Source: Octopus sinensis
Lineage: Eukaryota
Length of the DNA: 64,000 nucleotides
Direction: 5' to 3'
Assembly: GCF_006345805.1 (NCBI RefSeq)
Contig: NC_042998.1
Span: forward strand, 116,870,001-116,934,000
Of this stretch, positions 49,405 through 63,082 are shown piece by piece (within the stretch, counting starts at the first letter, position 1; every line of letters starts with the position of its first letter). A program made the position numbers and the translations under genes. The notes below the pieces were generated by a model that searched no databases, had not been told where the DNA came from, and worked only from the letters and a program-made list of their open reading frames with translations.

Positions 49405-52400
49405 TGTTTCTTTATTAGCCACACAGGGCTGCACACAGATAGAACAAATTACAAGGTAGAGCTTTTCTTTTGAAGATTTAAAAAAAAAAAAAAAAAAAAG
49501 GAAGGGGAAGTTTCGATCAAAAGGGATCGTAAAAGGAGAGAAAGAGGACAAAAAAAGGGGGGGGTTAAAAAAAAGGGGGGGGGAGAGGAAAAAAAAAATT
49601 GATCAATAGGGATCGTTATCACAGAAATGTCAATATGAAGTGTAAAGGGGAGGACAGGTGAGGTTTACCCGTGGAAAGAAAAGCCTACGGAAAAGACCAC
49701 GGTAACCTCGGTCAATGAAGTCAAATTTTATATTTCTTTTTTTTTTTTTTTTTTTTTTTGCAAATAAGCAACTCTCTGTTTTCGATTTCTGGGTTCATAG
49801 GACTATGCTCAAGGTGGCTTCGTCATTCATACGTGCCATTCTTGCTACATTCACCCATCTTTTTTTAAAACATTCGCTAGACAAAACTTGCCTCTCTACT
49901 CTCACTTTCCTTTTCAAGTGGTACTTGAAGAAGTTGATGAGAGATTGACCAGAGAGGAAAGTGTTTGTCTCCAATCCTTTCAGACGCGTCCACCAGATAC
50001 ATTCTTTCGCCATAGCCACAAGGATGATGAAAATAGCTCTTCCTTCCCGTTTGAAGGAAGGAGGCGTGACAATATTGACGATAGACTCAGCTGATAAACC
50101 GACTCGTCCCACACGTGACAGCAGTTGTTCGACATAAGCCCACAGGTCGGAAATTGTTGGACACTGAACGAGTGCGTGCAGAACGGTTTCGTCGCTCTGA
50201 CCGCATCTCGGGCAGGTCGGCCCCGTGTTTCTCGAGCCGTGTCTGTAGAGCTTATCCCGAACGGGTAGCGCTTCTCGGTAGCACTGCCAGGCCAGGGATC
50301 TCTGGAAGTTGTCCATGGGCCCTGGCCCGAAAGTCGTCCCGAACAGGCGGGTCAGGTACTCCTCGTCGACGTCCAGGTTCGCCCCGAGCTCGTCGTCGTA
50401 CCTCCCCTCCACTAAACCCCTATAGAATGCTTTGGTTGTGTTGAAGTCACTTAAGGTCGACCCAGGACGGCAGAGTTGCTTGAGAGCAACGCGACACTCG
50501 CGGTGCCATTCGCCCTCCTCGGCCTCTTTTTGATCCACGACTGCAGTTCGGTCATGGAGACGAGCTGCGGGAAAGCGTGCCTCACAAACGGCGACCACAC
50601 CTGTTCACCGTCGTCTACATAGAGCCAGAGATGTCGCAGTCTCAGCGCGTGTCTGCGCATCATCAACCACGGCATGCCCAGCCCTCTTTTAACGGGTGCT
50701 GACAGCAAATGGATCGCCTGACCATCGGGACGCATCCTTTCCACAAGAAGCGAAAGAGGATGCGTTGTAGTTTGGTGATGGTAGGGTCGGGACAAGGTAC
50801 GACGGTCAGGCGGTAGTAGATGACGGACGCGATGTACGTGTTCGCCACCTCCGCTCGACCTTTTAGGGACAGTTTCCTCTCGCCCATTGCCGGGCGAGAG
50901 TGACCACCCTACTCGTTATCTCGTTCCAGTCTTCTCCACTTGGAGGTCCGGACCAAACCAGACCCCGAGCAACTCAACCGGGCCGTCGGTCCAGCGTCCC
51001 ACGACGGAGGCGCTGGTGGACGGCATGGGCTTGCTTCTCCAGGTGCCTAGTCGCAAGTCCACTGACTTTTCCCAGTTTATTTTCGCTCCTGTCACCGCTT
51101 CGTAGTTTTTCAGTGTCTCGCCGACCAGCTCGATGTGCTCGTGGCTAGACACTATGACGGTGACGTCGTCCGCGTATGCAGACACGCTCGTCCCGCATCC
51201 CAATTCTCGCGGGATGCCCCTTAGAGTCGCCAGCTTCCGCAGTAGTGGCTCAAGAGTCAATACGTATAGAAGCGCCGAGAGGGGGCATCCCTGACGGACC
51301 GAACGTGCAATGTCGAAAGGTCTCGATAGATGTCCATTTACGCGAATTACCGAACGGATGCCTCTGTACAAGGCAGCTATCCAGCCGCGGAAGACGGGAC
51401 CGAAACCAGCCGCTCTCAGGACTGCCTCCAAGTATCGATGGTCTACCCTATCAAAGGCTTTCGATTGATCCAAGTTGATCAGGGCCCCACCCATGCCAGG
51501 TTCGTTAACTACCCTGTCTATGATGTAGCGCATCAGATGGAGGTTGTCATGGATGGTCCGGCCTGGCACGGCGCATGTTTGCGCCTTGTCGACCAGTTTC
51601 TCGATGACAAGCGCCAACTTCTTGGCTAGCACCTTGGCCAAAATTTTCAAGTCTGCATTAAGCAGAGTGATGGGCCTAAAGTTATCTATTACATTTCCCT
51701 TGTTTAGATCTTTCTTCAGCAGTGTTACGGCTCCTCGGCTCACAAAACCAGGAATGCTCCCGTTTTGCTGCCAGTTGCAGTACACCGCTGCCAAGAGATC
51801 TCCAAACAAGTCTGGCATACAATTGTAAAGCTCGTAGGGTAGACCATCCAAACCCGGTGATTTGTCCCTCGAGCATTCTGCCATCGCTTCCCGCACTTCC
51901 GCCGCCGTGATGGCACCTTCGCAGCACCCTGCCTTTCTTGTCGAGAGTCGTGGTAGGCTCTGTAGGTAGGCACTGAAGTCCACCCTACGTTCTTGCCCTC
52001 CACTCGTTCCGAACAGTCGGGCAAAATGCTGCTGAAAGGCTCACACATTTTACTTGGCTCGAGCAATTCGCGCCCCTGTTCATCTACCAGTGACCGAATG
52101 GTGGCTTTGTTGCCCTGTTGCGCCTCTGCCACCCGGGCCTCTCTCGCGGCTCCAACACCTTCGTTCCTTAGAGCACGCATCCTAGCTCTGACAGCACATC
52201 CTTCGTGTTTGGCGTTGAAGTGTTGGTCGAGGGCCAACCTCGCCGCCAAAACGTCGGATGCGATGCCGCTTCTAATTGCCTCTTCTAGCTTCTTAACTAG
52301 CTCACCCTCTACTCTATTTCTATCTATGGCTAGTGCTTTGCTGTACCTAATCGCTTCTGCTTTTACTGCTCTCTTGAGGGCAAACCACCATTTGTTGTTG

Positions 52401-53665
52401 ATGATGGCTCCCGTCAAAGCCCTCTTTACTAGTGTGCTAATCCGGTCTCTGAAAACTTGTCTCGATGGGAAAGACGCGTTTAGTTTCCAGTATCCGGGAC
52501 CCTGCCTAAGTGTCTTACCTAAGTCTAGCGTACATGTCACAAGTTTGTGATCCGTGTAGCTGACTATGTGGAATTGTGGACATCCTATGCTATCTCTATC
52601 TACTGTCCTACACAGTATCCTATCTAGATACGATCTCGACGACCCGATGCGGTTGCTCCATGTCCACGTTGGCGCATTCGGGTGGTCTAGTCGGAACCTG
52701 TCAGACTGTTGAAAGCGTCTGAGCAGGTCTCTGAGGAATTTGCATCCCCGTCTATTCCTATCTCTACCCACGTAGTCTACATGCGTGTCCAAGGTAGCAT
52801 TCCAATCCCCCACTAAGAGTAAAGGACGAGACGTTCCCAAGAAAACTTCTAGACGTTGAAAGAAATCCGCCCGACCTGTTAAGGGCGGTGCGTAAACTGA
52901 TACGAGTCGAAAAGCGCACCCATTGCTGCCGTCGACATCCAGGACGACCAGTCTACCCTCCGGGTCTACGAATATTGTCCTTACATTGAGATCGAGACTC
53001 TTGTGAAAAAAGTACCGCGGTGCCACTACCGCCCATTCTCGGCAGACAGGGGGAAAAATAAATGTTGAACTGTCCGCCAAACATGGTCTTTAGGGCCCGC
53101 GGATTGTGGAGTCTGGTCTCGCTGATGGCTATGATTTCTAACTTATGTGACTTTATGTCATTTAAGAGGTACCCTTGTTTCCAAGGGGACCCCAAGCCAC
53201 GCGCATTTACACAACCAATCTTGATCATAGTTCTAATGAATTAGAATACAGAGGGTTACTTACTGCTCGAAAGTTTTTGCTTTCTCCTCCGTTGGTTTGT
53301 CCTCGAGAAGATCCCAGTACAGTTTCTTTGTGAGATATTTTTGGCATTTACCAACCGCACTGGGGAAAATGCCTTTGAGTGTGTGGTGCAGACTTTTGGA
53401 GATGTGTAATATTTTGATGTGGTCTGGTGGTGTTGTGTATGGGTGATTGTTTGTTTTTATGTCATCTTCTGTTATGTTTGTTTTTGATTGGATGTATTCC
53501 ATCAAATTTGTGTTTTTGGTGTCTATGGCTGTGAGCATGTTTGCTGTATATGTTTTTGTGGTGTTGGTGTGGCTGTTGTTTGCGTTGGGTTTTGAAATGT
53601 CTTCGGGAGATGTATTTCCCCCTGCTTTGTTCGTGTTTGCATTTGGTTTGGTTGTGTTCCTGCTC
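49405..53665 (-). mobile_element. Tx1/L1-clade non-LTR retrotransposon, near-complete ORF2, embedded in (GATA)n
   Basis: ORF2 motifs listed below; 3' UTR ends GGCTAATAAAGAAACA directly into (TATC)n; the 5' end also abuts (TATC)n at 53666-53696. Confidence 0.93.
49795..53228 (-). pseudogene. Tx1/L1 ORF2 (APE endonuclease, RT, CCHC), broken by about five frameshifts
   Basis: MIKIGCVNARGL, ISETR, LLLVGDWN, SYLDRI, SYTDH, GYWKLNAS, KSPGLDG, FRPITLLNADLKILAK, DQSKAFDRV, VRQGCPLS, YADD, CPRCGQSDETVLHALVQC across overlapping ORF-track segments. Confidence 0.92.

Positions 53666-53667
<2 letters not shown>
53260..53667 (-). CDS. Probable 3' part of Tx1 ORF1 (Asn/Thr-rich, then a short globular-looking segment)
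   Basis: Open frame ending 32 nt upstream of the ORF2 ATG on the same strand; no recognisable domain; the ATG sits at the microsatellite junction. Confidence 0.45.
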
Positions 53668-53697
<30 letters not shown>

Positions 53698-54039
53698 ATA
53701 CAGAGAGAGAGAGACAATGAGAGAGAGAGATAAATAATAGATAGATATAGATATAGATATATATAATGGGTTGTACGGAATGTTCATGCCGATTTTTAGC
53801 TATTCAAGTGCCAACGCGTCAGAACAGATGAAATTTATCAACACATATATTATTCTTACATTTCCAGTTACCGCACACTCCAATCTATTTCTTGAGAAAG
53901 AAAATTTTAAATTACTTAATTCGTGTCAATTTCGCATCCCTATTAAAATGAAAAATTATAAGGCGCAATTTAGATATTTGATGCTTTTTATTACCGTAAG
54001 AACAAAAATGCTTTGCAAAGTACAAAAGGGAAACATGTC

Positions 54040-54365
54040 ACCAATCTTTATACCAATATATATACTTCACACTTTGGACCTGGGAAGCAGTTCAAAAGTA
54101 GATAGATAAACATCGAGGCCGTATAAAGGAACGCTTCAAAATATACTTCATCACCAAGTCCAAAAGCCTAGTACTAGAAGAAAACACCTTCAGATTCAAT
54201 AATAAAACATATCAACAGATAAGAATGCACGGCTATGGGGACGCGGTTGCACCCTCATATGCTAACCTAGTCATAGGATACTTGAAAGAAAAGCTTTATG
54301 AGGAAGTAGAGAGAGGTTTTAATTAGGATTGCAATAATTACGTCATTAAAAAGTGGAAACGCTTC
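54040..54365 (+). mobile_element. Penelope-like RT fragment
   Basis: Frameshifted LYTNI, LVLEENTFRFNNKTYQQI, GTAMGT-like, APSYANLV.GYL.EKLY and KWKRF, ending just before the catalytic DD at a (TCTG)n run. Confidence 0.85.
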
Positions 54366-54884
54366 TATCTCTCTATCTGTCTGTCTGTCTGTCTGTCTGT
54401 CGGTTTGTCTGTCTGTCTGTCTCTCTACTCCGAACGACAGCTTGTCTACGTAGTTTTTGTCAACATGTTATACTAAACCTTTAAATATATACATATATAA
54501 AATGAGAGGAATATTACAACGTTCCTGATTATTCAACGCTGGTTAAAACATATTCATAATATGGATCAATGTGCCAAAATGCATATTTTGTCTATTTCAA
54601 GTGCACAAATTTTATTTCAATGTATTAAAAGACACGTGGAAAGGCAGACGGATTGACAGACAAACAGGTAAATAGCTGAATACATGCAGACAGATCTTGC
54701 GACTGCTTACACAATTATTTCAATTTTATTTATGTAGTAAACTTAGTTACATTGGTTTTAAGACAGGAACCGTTTGTGAGAAATATTTCGACATTCTAAA
54801 ACAAAGAAGTCTATAATACTCTGTAAAACAAACACTTAAGATTGTACTTGAATTATGCATCATATATATATAGCATTTGCGTAT

Positions 54885-55482
<598 letters not shown>

Positions 55483-57385
55483 CCTACTCACTATTCACGA
55501 ACTTCTTTTCAACCGGTTAGTTATCGTAAATTTTTTTTTGAGGCATCACATATACATGCATACCAACACACATATATACGCTTATATAATCACATTTGTA
55601 TGTATGCATGTGTGTATATATATATGTATGTACGTATGTTCATACGTATCTATTTGTTTAAATATGGAAGATGTAGTATTAGACAGTTTGATTGAAAGTA
55701 CATAGTCATTAACTTTGGCTGAAATTGATGCGTGAGAATATGGCCTAGTCAGATGCGCAAAGAGCCGTATAAGCATTGATTTGTGGTTTCGCTTCTGGCT
55801 TTAGGTTAGCTCATCATTTTTCGATCATTTGTTTGCATTAAAAAATTGTCGCTTCAAATCGGAGAATATACGTATATTATTATACGTTTATGCATAAAAC
55901 CCAATACCAATCCGAATCGCTTCTGCCACAAACAAGTCTGTCCACTTAAAGTTGTAGTTTTCTTCAAAATAATCTAGTGATAACAGTTTTATGGTCATCT
56001 AATTATTCTTGTGACGTTTTAATGCTGCAGTATTTTGTTATTTAACATGAATGGAGTAGGATTGTAAATAATGCATTGGGAGACATTTTCATTCCAAAAA
56101 TACCATTTACAAAGTTTTTGACGGTTAAGTTTGGATGAAAATTTTGGGTAGATGGTCATTAAATATCCGCCATTGACTGTTGAAATCAAAGTTGCTCATG
56201 ATTATTTTGAACTGCTGACATTAAATGACTGTTGGACAGAACATGAGCAGGGAGAATTGCAGATTGCCGACAAGGAGTAATGATTATTTCGAGAGTTGGG
56301 GTGGGACACAATATAGGTGACGCGTGGAGTTAGCAAGAGAAAATAGCGAGTGTCTGATATGAGATACAAAAGTGTGCTCCAGTTATTCACGACATTAAAA
56401 TATTTTGCTTATGGATATAAGATACTTCATGCCTAATAACAAGTAAGTAAAAATAATAGTGCTCACACGCATAAAAATCTATATAATATTTATGAAACCA
56501 AATAGTGCGGACACATATGCAATGGAAGAAAATTACACCAAGATACTCTCGTTTCAGAAACATTTATATAATAAGAAGGAATTATTGAACGAGTAGTCGT
56601 ATAGAGACACACATTTCATCTTAAAGTCAGTTCTTTACTAACAACTTTCTTTCGAATAACGTTATGGTTTATGATGTCTAAAAGTAGAAACCAGATGTAT
56701 CCCACAAGGGACAACGATGAGATTCACGTATACTTTCTCTTCGTGACCTTACAATAGTTTGCTTAGCAAGCCTTTGTCATCTTCAGAATGAATAATCAAG
56801 TAAAATTAGTCGCCCCAATAGGGAGAGCTTTTTAGCAAAAGTATTCTGTGATATTTTCAGTTAGAATCAATGGCGTGACATATTTCATTGTTTTTTAACA
56901 TAGCCTGGGGGAAAAAATATTTGTGAGTAAGCTTTGGTAGCAGAAAGTGAGCAGGACATACTCGGCATAGCACAATAATCTGCACCCTTAATTTATGTAA
57001 CCCTTAACCCACCTTTCACTGTAACCCTAACAGAGTCGTGGAAGCTGCCCATATTCTTCAGAATATATGGGAAGAAAATCCAATAATTGGCTTTAATTGG
57101 CAGATAAGATATTTTCGAAACGTATATCAAAACAAATAAAAAATAAAACAATTATTCCACGCTAAAAAGGGGTTAAATGTTTAAGATGGCAGTTGGCTTG
57201 CATCGAATGATTGCGAGGGCATTATGATTCTCACAGAAGTCTCTTCGCCCATCGAAGTGGCTTTGTAATGCTCCAACCAACGACTGCAAAACACACATAC
57301 ACATACATACACATACACACATACACTCACATTCACTTCAATGTATATACATGCAAAAGCACAGACAGACACGCACACATATATG

Positions 57386-57432
<47 letters not shown>

Positions 57433-58533
57433 GTTAATTTTAAACATATCATTGAGACATAGCAACGAAATATTGCGTATATTTTTCTATTTCGGTATTA
57501 TGAAAAATCTAATGTGTAATTACGCGGTAATTGTCTTTTATCAATATCGTTCCTGCAGCAAATAACCAGGAATCTAATTTTAATCTATAGATCTTGTTTT
57601 TAATGCATCTTTAATCCATTTGCCAATAGATCGCCAAGAGTATTAAATTTTATTTCACGTATTTAGTTGGATTATAAAAATAATTCCACAAAAGCGAGTT
57701 TTTTAAAGGCTTTCTTGGAGAGATAAGACTTACTTCGTATTCTTTCTGAAAAATAATTAGATAAAACTATATTGGCTTCTTTGATTCTCAATTCAGTTTT
57801 GTAAAGAGCGCTAGAAATCTAATATTTCGATTTTACCACTTCTGAAATGCGATTCACTCTCAGGTTAAATATTTATTTCAGAACCACATGAAATAAAAAT
57901 CTAGTATATAATAAAAGAAAACTGCATATCTCTACAAACCAATGATGTTTAACCAAGTATAACATTCTGTGGAACAAAATAAAATTTGGCATGTAACGAA
58001 ATTTATTTGTATTGATACAAGTTAGCTGTAGCTGATTAGGTTTGGTTATATTTGGTTATATTGTATACACGTATACAATAAAAAATTTTAATTGGTGACC
58101 TGAATTAAGTACCAAAGATATTTGAACAACTACAAATTGTTAAATATTTTAAAGCTTAATTAAAATACTTGGATCAGCGCATTTTAAAAGAATAAGGAGA
58201 TACTTAAAACCACCTACATATTTGTCGCAATGACAATCTTAAATTTTGCTTAGAGTCCTGAGAAATAGAAATAAAAGGACCATATGTTTGACGGCGTTAC
58301 TCACTTTGAAACAGTTAAGTTACAATAATTTGATGTTAGAAACACTTTGTTATTCAATTTAGATCAAGATCAGATGAAGCTGCGTTTCTCGTTTATGATT
58401 TATCTTCTTTTTCTGTCTTCCTCTTTTCCATTGTAAAAGCTCGGTAGGTAGTAGCAGATCTGAAAACATAGTGTTTATGGGCGCAGAGAAATATTTGGTT
58501 CTGAAGTTTGATGGTTTAAGCGTCAGCAGCCAA

Positions 58534-58552
58534 GGAAGAAGAAGAAGAAGAA

Positions 58553-58584
<32 letters not shown>

Positions 58585-58657
58585 AGAAGAAGAAAAGAAG
58601 AAGAAGAAGAAGAAGAAGAAGAAGAAGAAGAAGAAAAAGAAGAAGAAGAAGAAAAAG
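58534..58657. repeat. (GAA)n microsatellite
   Basis: Direct trinucleotide run. Confidence 0.97.
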
Positions 58658-58839
58658 CAGAAGACTGCTACAACCATAACAGGTCAATTGTAGGTCACTT
58701 GAACATTAAGGTATATTCCACTGACGGCCTCTATTACTGGGTCCCGTCCTTTTCTTCTTTTTCGACTTCTTCATCTTCTTCATCTTCTTCTCTTTATCTT
58801 CTTCTTCCTTTTCTTCCTCCCTTAAAATAATAGTAATAA

Positions 58840-59035
58840 TCCTTTCTACTAAAAGCACAAGGCAAGATATTTTGGGGGAGACGGGTTAGTCGATTACATA
58901 AACTCCTGTGTTTCACTGGTACTTAAATTATTGACTCCGATAGGCTGATAGCGGAATTTGAAATCAGAACGTAGCGAGAGATGAAATACCGCTAAACATT
59001 TCGCCCGGCGTACTAATTATTCTGCCGCCTCATCG
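58840..59035 (-). mobile_element. SINE family A in a TAA context
   Basis: GCACAAGG...TAGTCGATTACAT...GCGGAATTTGAAATCAGAACGT...TTCGCCCGGCGT...GCCGCC. Confidence 0.85.
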
Positions 59036-59038
59036 CTT

Positions 59039-59395
<357 letters not shown>

Positions 59396-59417
59396 GCTAG
59401 AGCATATATATATATAA

Positions 59418-59770
59418 CATACCCAGTTGACAACAAACTATGCAATAAGGAGGAAAAAAGTCGATAGATATGAGAGGTTAGCTTGGGAGGATAAGCGGTT
59501 GTGTTCAATGAAAAAGTTGGTAGGAGTACCAGTAAGTGTCGGAGCCCTGGGAACAATACGTAAAAATCTCGAGAATTACATGGAACATATACGGGCAACA
59601 ATAAGGTTGTAGCTCTTGCAGAAAACAACACTGCTTGGAACCGCTAAGAATACTCCGGATGGTGCTCGAAATGTACGTAGTGTTACCTTAGTTCACTAGA
59701 AGTGAACGTCTGGCGCCATAGTACATCCCCAGCAATAGAAGCTGTGCAAAGACAATAAATAATAATAATA
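59418..59770 (+). mobile_element. R4/Dong 3' fragment (copy A)
   Basis: YERLAWE..RLCSMKK.V.VPV.VGALG and a 3' UTR (TTACCTTAGTTCACT...AGAAGCTGTGCAAA) like 16225-16303; TAA tail. Confidence 0.9.
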
Positions 59771-59854
59771 TTAATGGTTTCAAACCTTGACACAAGGTCA
59801 GCCATTTTGGGGCAGGATATGTGTCGATTTCGTTTAAGAAAGATGTGTGTAGTG

Positions 59855-60825
59855 TGAATGCTAGACATGGTGAAAGTAATGAATCTGTGGGTTATGGATG
59901 ATCTAAATCTATTTGCTAAGACTGAGAAAGAAATTGAGTTTGACGGCAACTGTGCAGATTATTAGCATAGATATTGGCATGGAATTTAGGATAGAGATAT
60001 GTGGTGTAATAATTCTCAAAAGGGGTGGGGGAAACAGTAGAAACATGGGATCAAGCTGCAAATTGGCGAAACTATAAGAGGAGTAGGAGAAGAAGTATAT
60101 AAGTACCTAGGTATCATTGAAAGAAATAAGAACAATGAAGACAAGATGAAAGAAATGTACAGGAATGAGTATTTGAGCTCCAATTAATACAAAAGGAGAC
60201 ATGACAATGTTATCAGATATATCCACTGGCTGTTGTGAGTTAAAACAAACCTCAAGATAGCCTAATAATGATATGAACGCAAGCCAGAGTGGATAATGTA
60301 AAACGAGCATTAAAAAATATTCTGGGATTTTAACATGCATTGCAACCAAGTCACAGAGGCGAGACGGCCAGATATCCTGAGCATCAAAAAGGATGTAAAA
60401 CAAGCAAAGATAATAGATGTTACCAGACGATTTGAGGGTGAAATGTAAGGAAACAGAAAAGAGAGAGAAATACTAGTCACTGCGGGATGCGGTAGGGAAG
60501 TTATGGTGCACGAGGAAAATAACGGTTATACCGGTGGTGATTGGAGCGTTAGAAGTAGTTCCCAAGAGCTAAAAAAAAAGTATTGAGAATATTGGAGTTA
60601 CTCTCAGGCTCGTAGTGTTCCGGAAGAGAGCTTTGATGGGTAAGGCTCGCATTTTAAGGAGAGTATTGTCTTTTTGAGTCACAGGAGAAGGCACTACTTG
60701 AAATCTTTGGTGTTTTGTTATTGTTTGTTTCAAGTAAAGAAAACCGCAAATAGAACAGCGGGAATCAAAACAAAAACAACAACAGCAGCAACAGCAACAA
60801 CAGCAACAACAACAACAACAACAAC

Positions 60826-60858
<33 letters not shown>

Positions 60859-60860
60859 GC
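59855..60860 (+). mobile_element. Older, different R4/Dong subfamily, internally deleted (copy B)
   Basis: MDDLNLFAK.EKEI, DIGMEF, YKYLG, RRHDNV.RYIHW, ARILRRVL remnants; distinct 3' UTR; CAA/TAA tail. Confidence 0.75.
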
Positions 60861-60964
60861 ACTATTCAAAAATTTGAAAACGAATGTAACTGAAGATAGC
60901 TGGTAAAGAAAAGAAGCATATCAATTTCATAGGTATGTTGAAGATAAGACAGATAAAGAAATAA

Positions 60965-61690
60965 GATGACTGTGGATGACAAAAAGCACCAAGAACAAAC
61001 TACATAAAATACAGATTAGAGAACATAGCAGAAAGTTTTAAGTGGATAATCTGTGGACAAAACGGTGAAACCGTATGGCATATTACCAGCCAATGTACGC
61101 CACTAGCCCAGAAGGATTATAAGAGACGCCACTACGATATAGCCAGGATTGTCCATTGGACACTCTGCCACAAGTATGGACTTGACAGAGTAAACATTTG
61201 GAACGACCTGAAGGTATTGTCGAAAATAGAAAAGCAAAGATTCTATGGGATTTCACGATTCAGTGCGACCAGGAGATAGAAAATAGGAAGCTGGACATAG
61301 TCTTAATTGAGAAAGAAAACAAACTACGCCGGATCATAGATATATCATGCCCAGCTGACAACAAGCTATGCGATAAAGAAGAAAGAAAAGTCGAGAGACA
61401 TGACAGGTTAGCTTGGGAAGTTAAGCAGTTGTGGTCGATGAAAAAGGTAGCAGTAGTGCTAATAATTGTCGGGGACCTGGGAACAGTGGGCAAAAATCTC
61501 GAGAATTACGTGAAACAAATATTATATGCAGTAAGGGTGGAGCATTTGCAGAAAACAGCACTGCTTGGAACCGCTCGAATACTGCGGAAGATGCTCGAAA
61601 AATAAGAGGTGTTACCTTAGTTCACTGTTAGTGAACACTGTAGTACATCTCCAGCTTTTGGAGCTGTGGAAAGGGAATTATAATAATACT
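60965..61690 (+). mobile_element. R4/Dong 3' fragment (copy C)
   Basis: CGQNGETVWHITSQCTPLAQKDYKRRH, KILWDFTIQCD.EIENRKLDIVLI, IIDISCP, LQKTALLGTARILRKMLEK; same 3' UTR as copy A. Confidence 0.93.
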
Positions 61691-61697
61691 AATGATG

Positions 61698-61930
61698 AAG
61701 GCGGCGAGCTTGCAGAATCGTTAGCACGTCGGGCGATATGCTTAGCGTTATTTCGTCTGCCGTTATGCTCTGAGTTCAAAATCCGCCGAGGTCGACTTTG
61801 CCTTTCATCCTTTCGGGGTCGATCAATTAAATACCAGTTACGCACTGAGGTCGATGTAATCGACTTAATCCCTTTGTCTGTCTTTGTTTGTCCCCTCTAT
61901 GTTTAGCCCCTTGTGGGCCAGAAATAAATA
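61698..61930 (+). mobile_element. SINE family A, near full length
   Basis: AAGGCGGCGAGCTTGCAGAATCGTTAGCACG (A-box-like) ... GAGTTCAAATCC (B box) ... GATGTAATCGACTTAATCCC; flanked by TAA/TGA repeats. Confidence 0.9.
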
Positions 61931-61975
61931 AATAATGATGATGATGATGACAACGACGACAATGTTGACGATAAT

Positions 61976-62039
<64 letters not shown>

Positions 62040-62884
62040 TTATCTGATAGTCTGCTTCAAAAAATCTTATTCATATTATCACTTCAATAAAACGAAATAA
62101 ATTAATACATTTCGCGTTCCTGCTTGACATATGCATGCACATACACACGTACGTACATACATATATACATACATATTTACATACATACAGACATTCATAC
62201 ATACATACAAAATACTCATATGTATGCATACATACACTCTTCGATATATATGAGCTTGTGTGAGAGGGAAATGTGTGCGCTTCTTTGTGAATGAATATTT
62301 GTATGTGCCGCATTGCAAAAAGATAAAAAGATATGTATATATTGCAATAACGAAATTTGATTTGTTTTGTATCTAGTTGTTGCTATAATAAACACAACTA
62401 ATTCTAAAGTACATTATCGGAGTAATATTCGAACCAGTAAATTGATTAAAATATCTTTGTTTTTCAATATTCTCAGGAAAACATGGAATAATAGCAAATT
62501 CGATTTCAGTTCAAAATTTTGATTGATTTATGTTAGCATATAAATCGGTGTTATTTCAAGCAAAACAATTTTGAATCATGAATATTTATTACATGAAATA
62601 TATCGTCTAATAGAAAAATGGAAATAAAGCAATTATGTGAAATGGTGCAAACATTTTCACCAATAATCTTCTATGCCTCACTCTATATTTCCTAATGTGC
62701 ACACAGGGCACTTATTTCTAACGTAGGTTCAATGATGGCTGAAAAACTAAATTTATTATATTGCGATTTGAACGTAGGACGGATAAACACGAAACAGATG
62801 TTGCAACGTATTAGTGCTTCTATCAATCCATGGCCATTGGAATATTTGATTAAAACCTTTAACTAACGCTTGAATATATATTGG

Positions 62885-63082
62885 TTCCAAATTTTGGCAA
62901 AAGACGAGCAATTTTGTGGTAAGGGCTAGTCGACTACATCGAACCCGATGCGCAGATATTACTTATTTTATCAAAAGGCAAAATAATCCCCGGCATAAAT
63001 AAACCTCAGAAAATAACGACGGACGAAACTTTGCTAAGCATTTTTTCTGGTGTGCAAACGATTCTAAAAGATCGCGCCTTAC
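62885..63082 (-). mobile_element. SINE family A, degraded
   Basis: TAGTCGACTACATCGA...GACGGACGAAA...GCTAAGCATTT...AACGATTCT. Confidence 0.75.

Noticed and set aside
62727-62865. Frame MMAEKLNLLYCDLNVGRINTKQ after TTCTAACGTAG
   Set aside because: Short, no donor, no recognised homologue.
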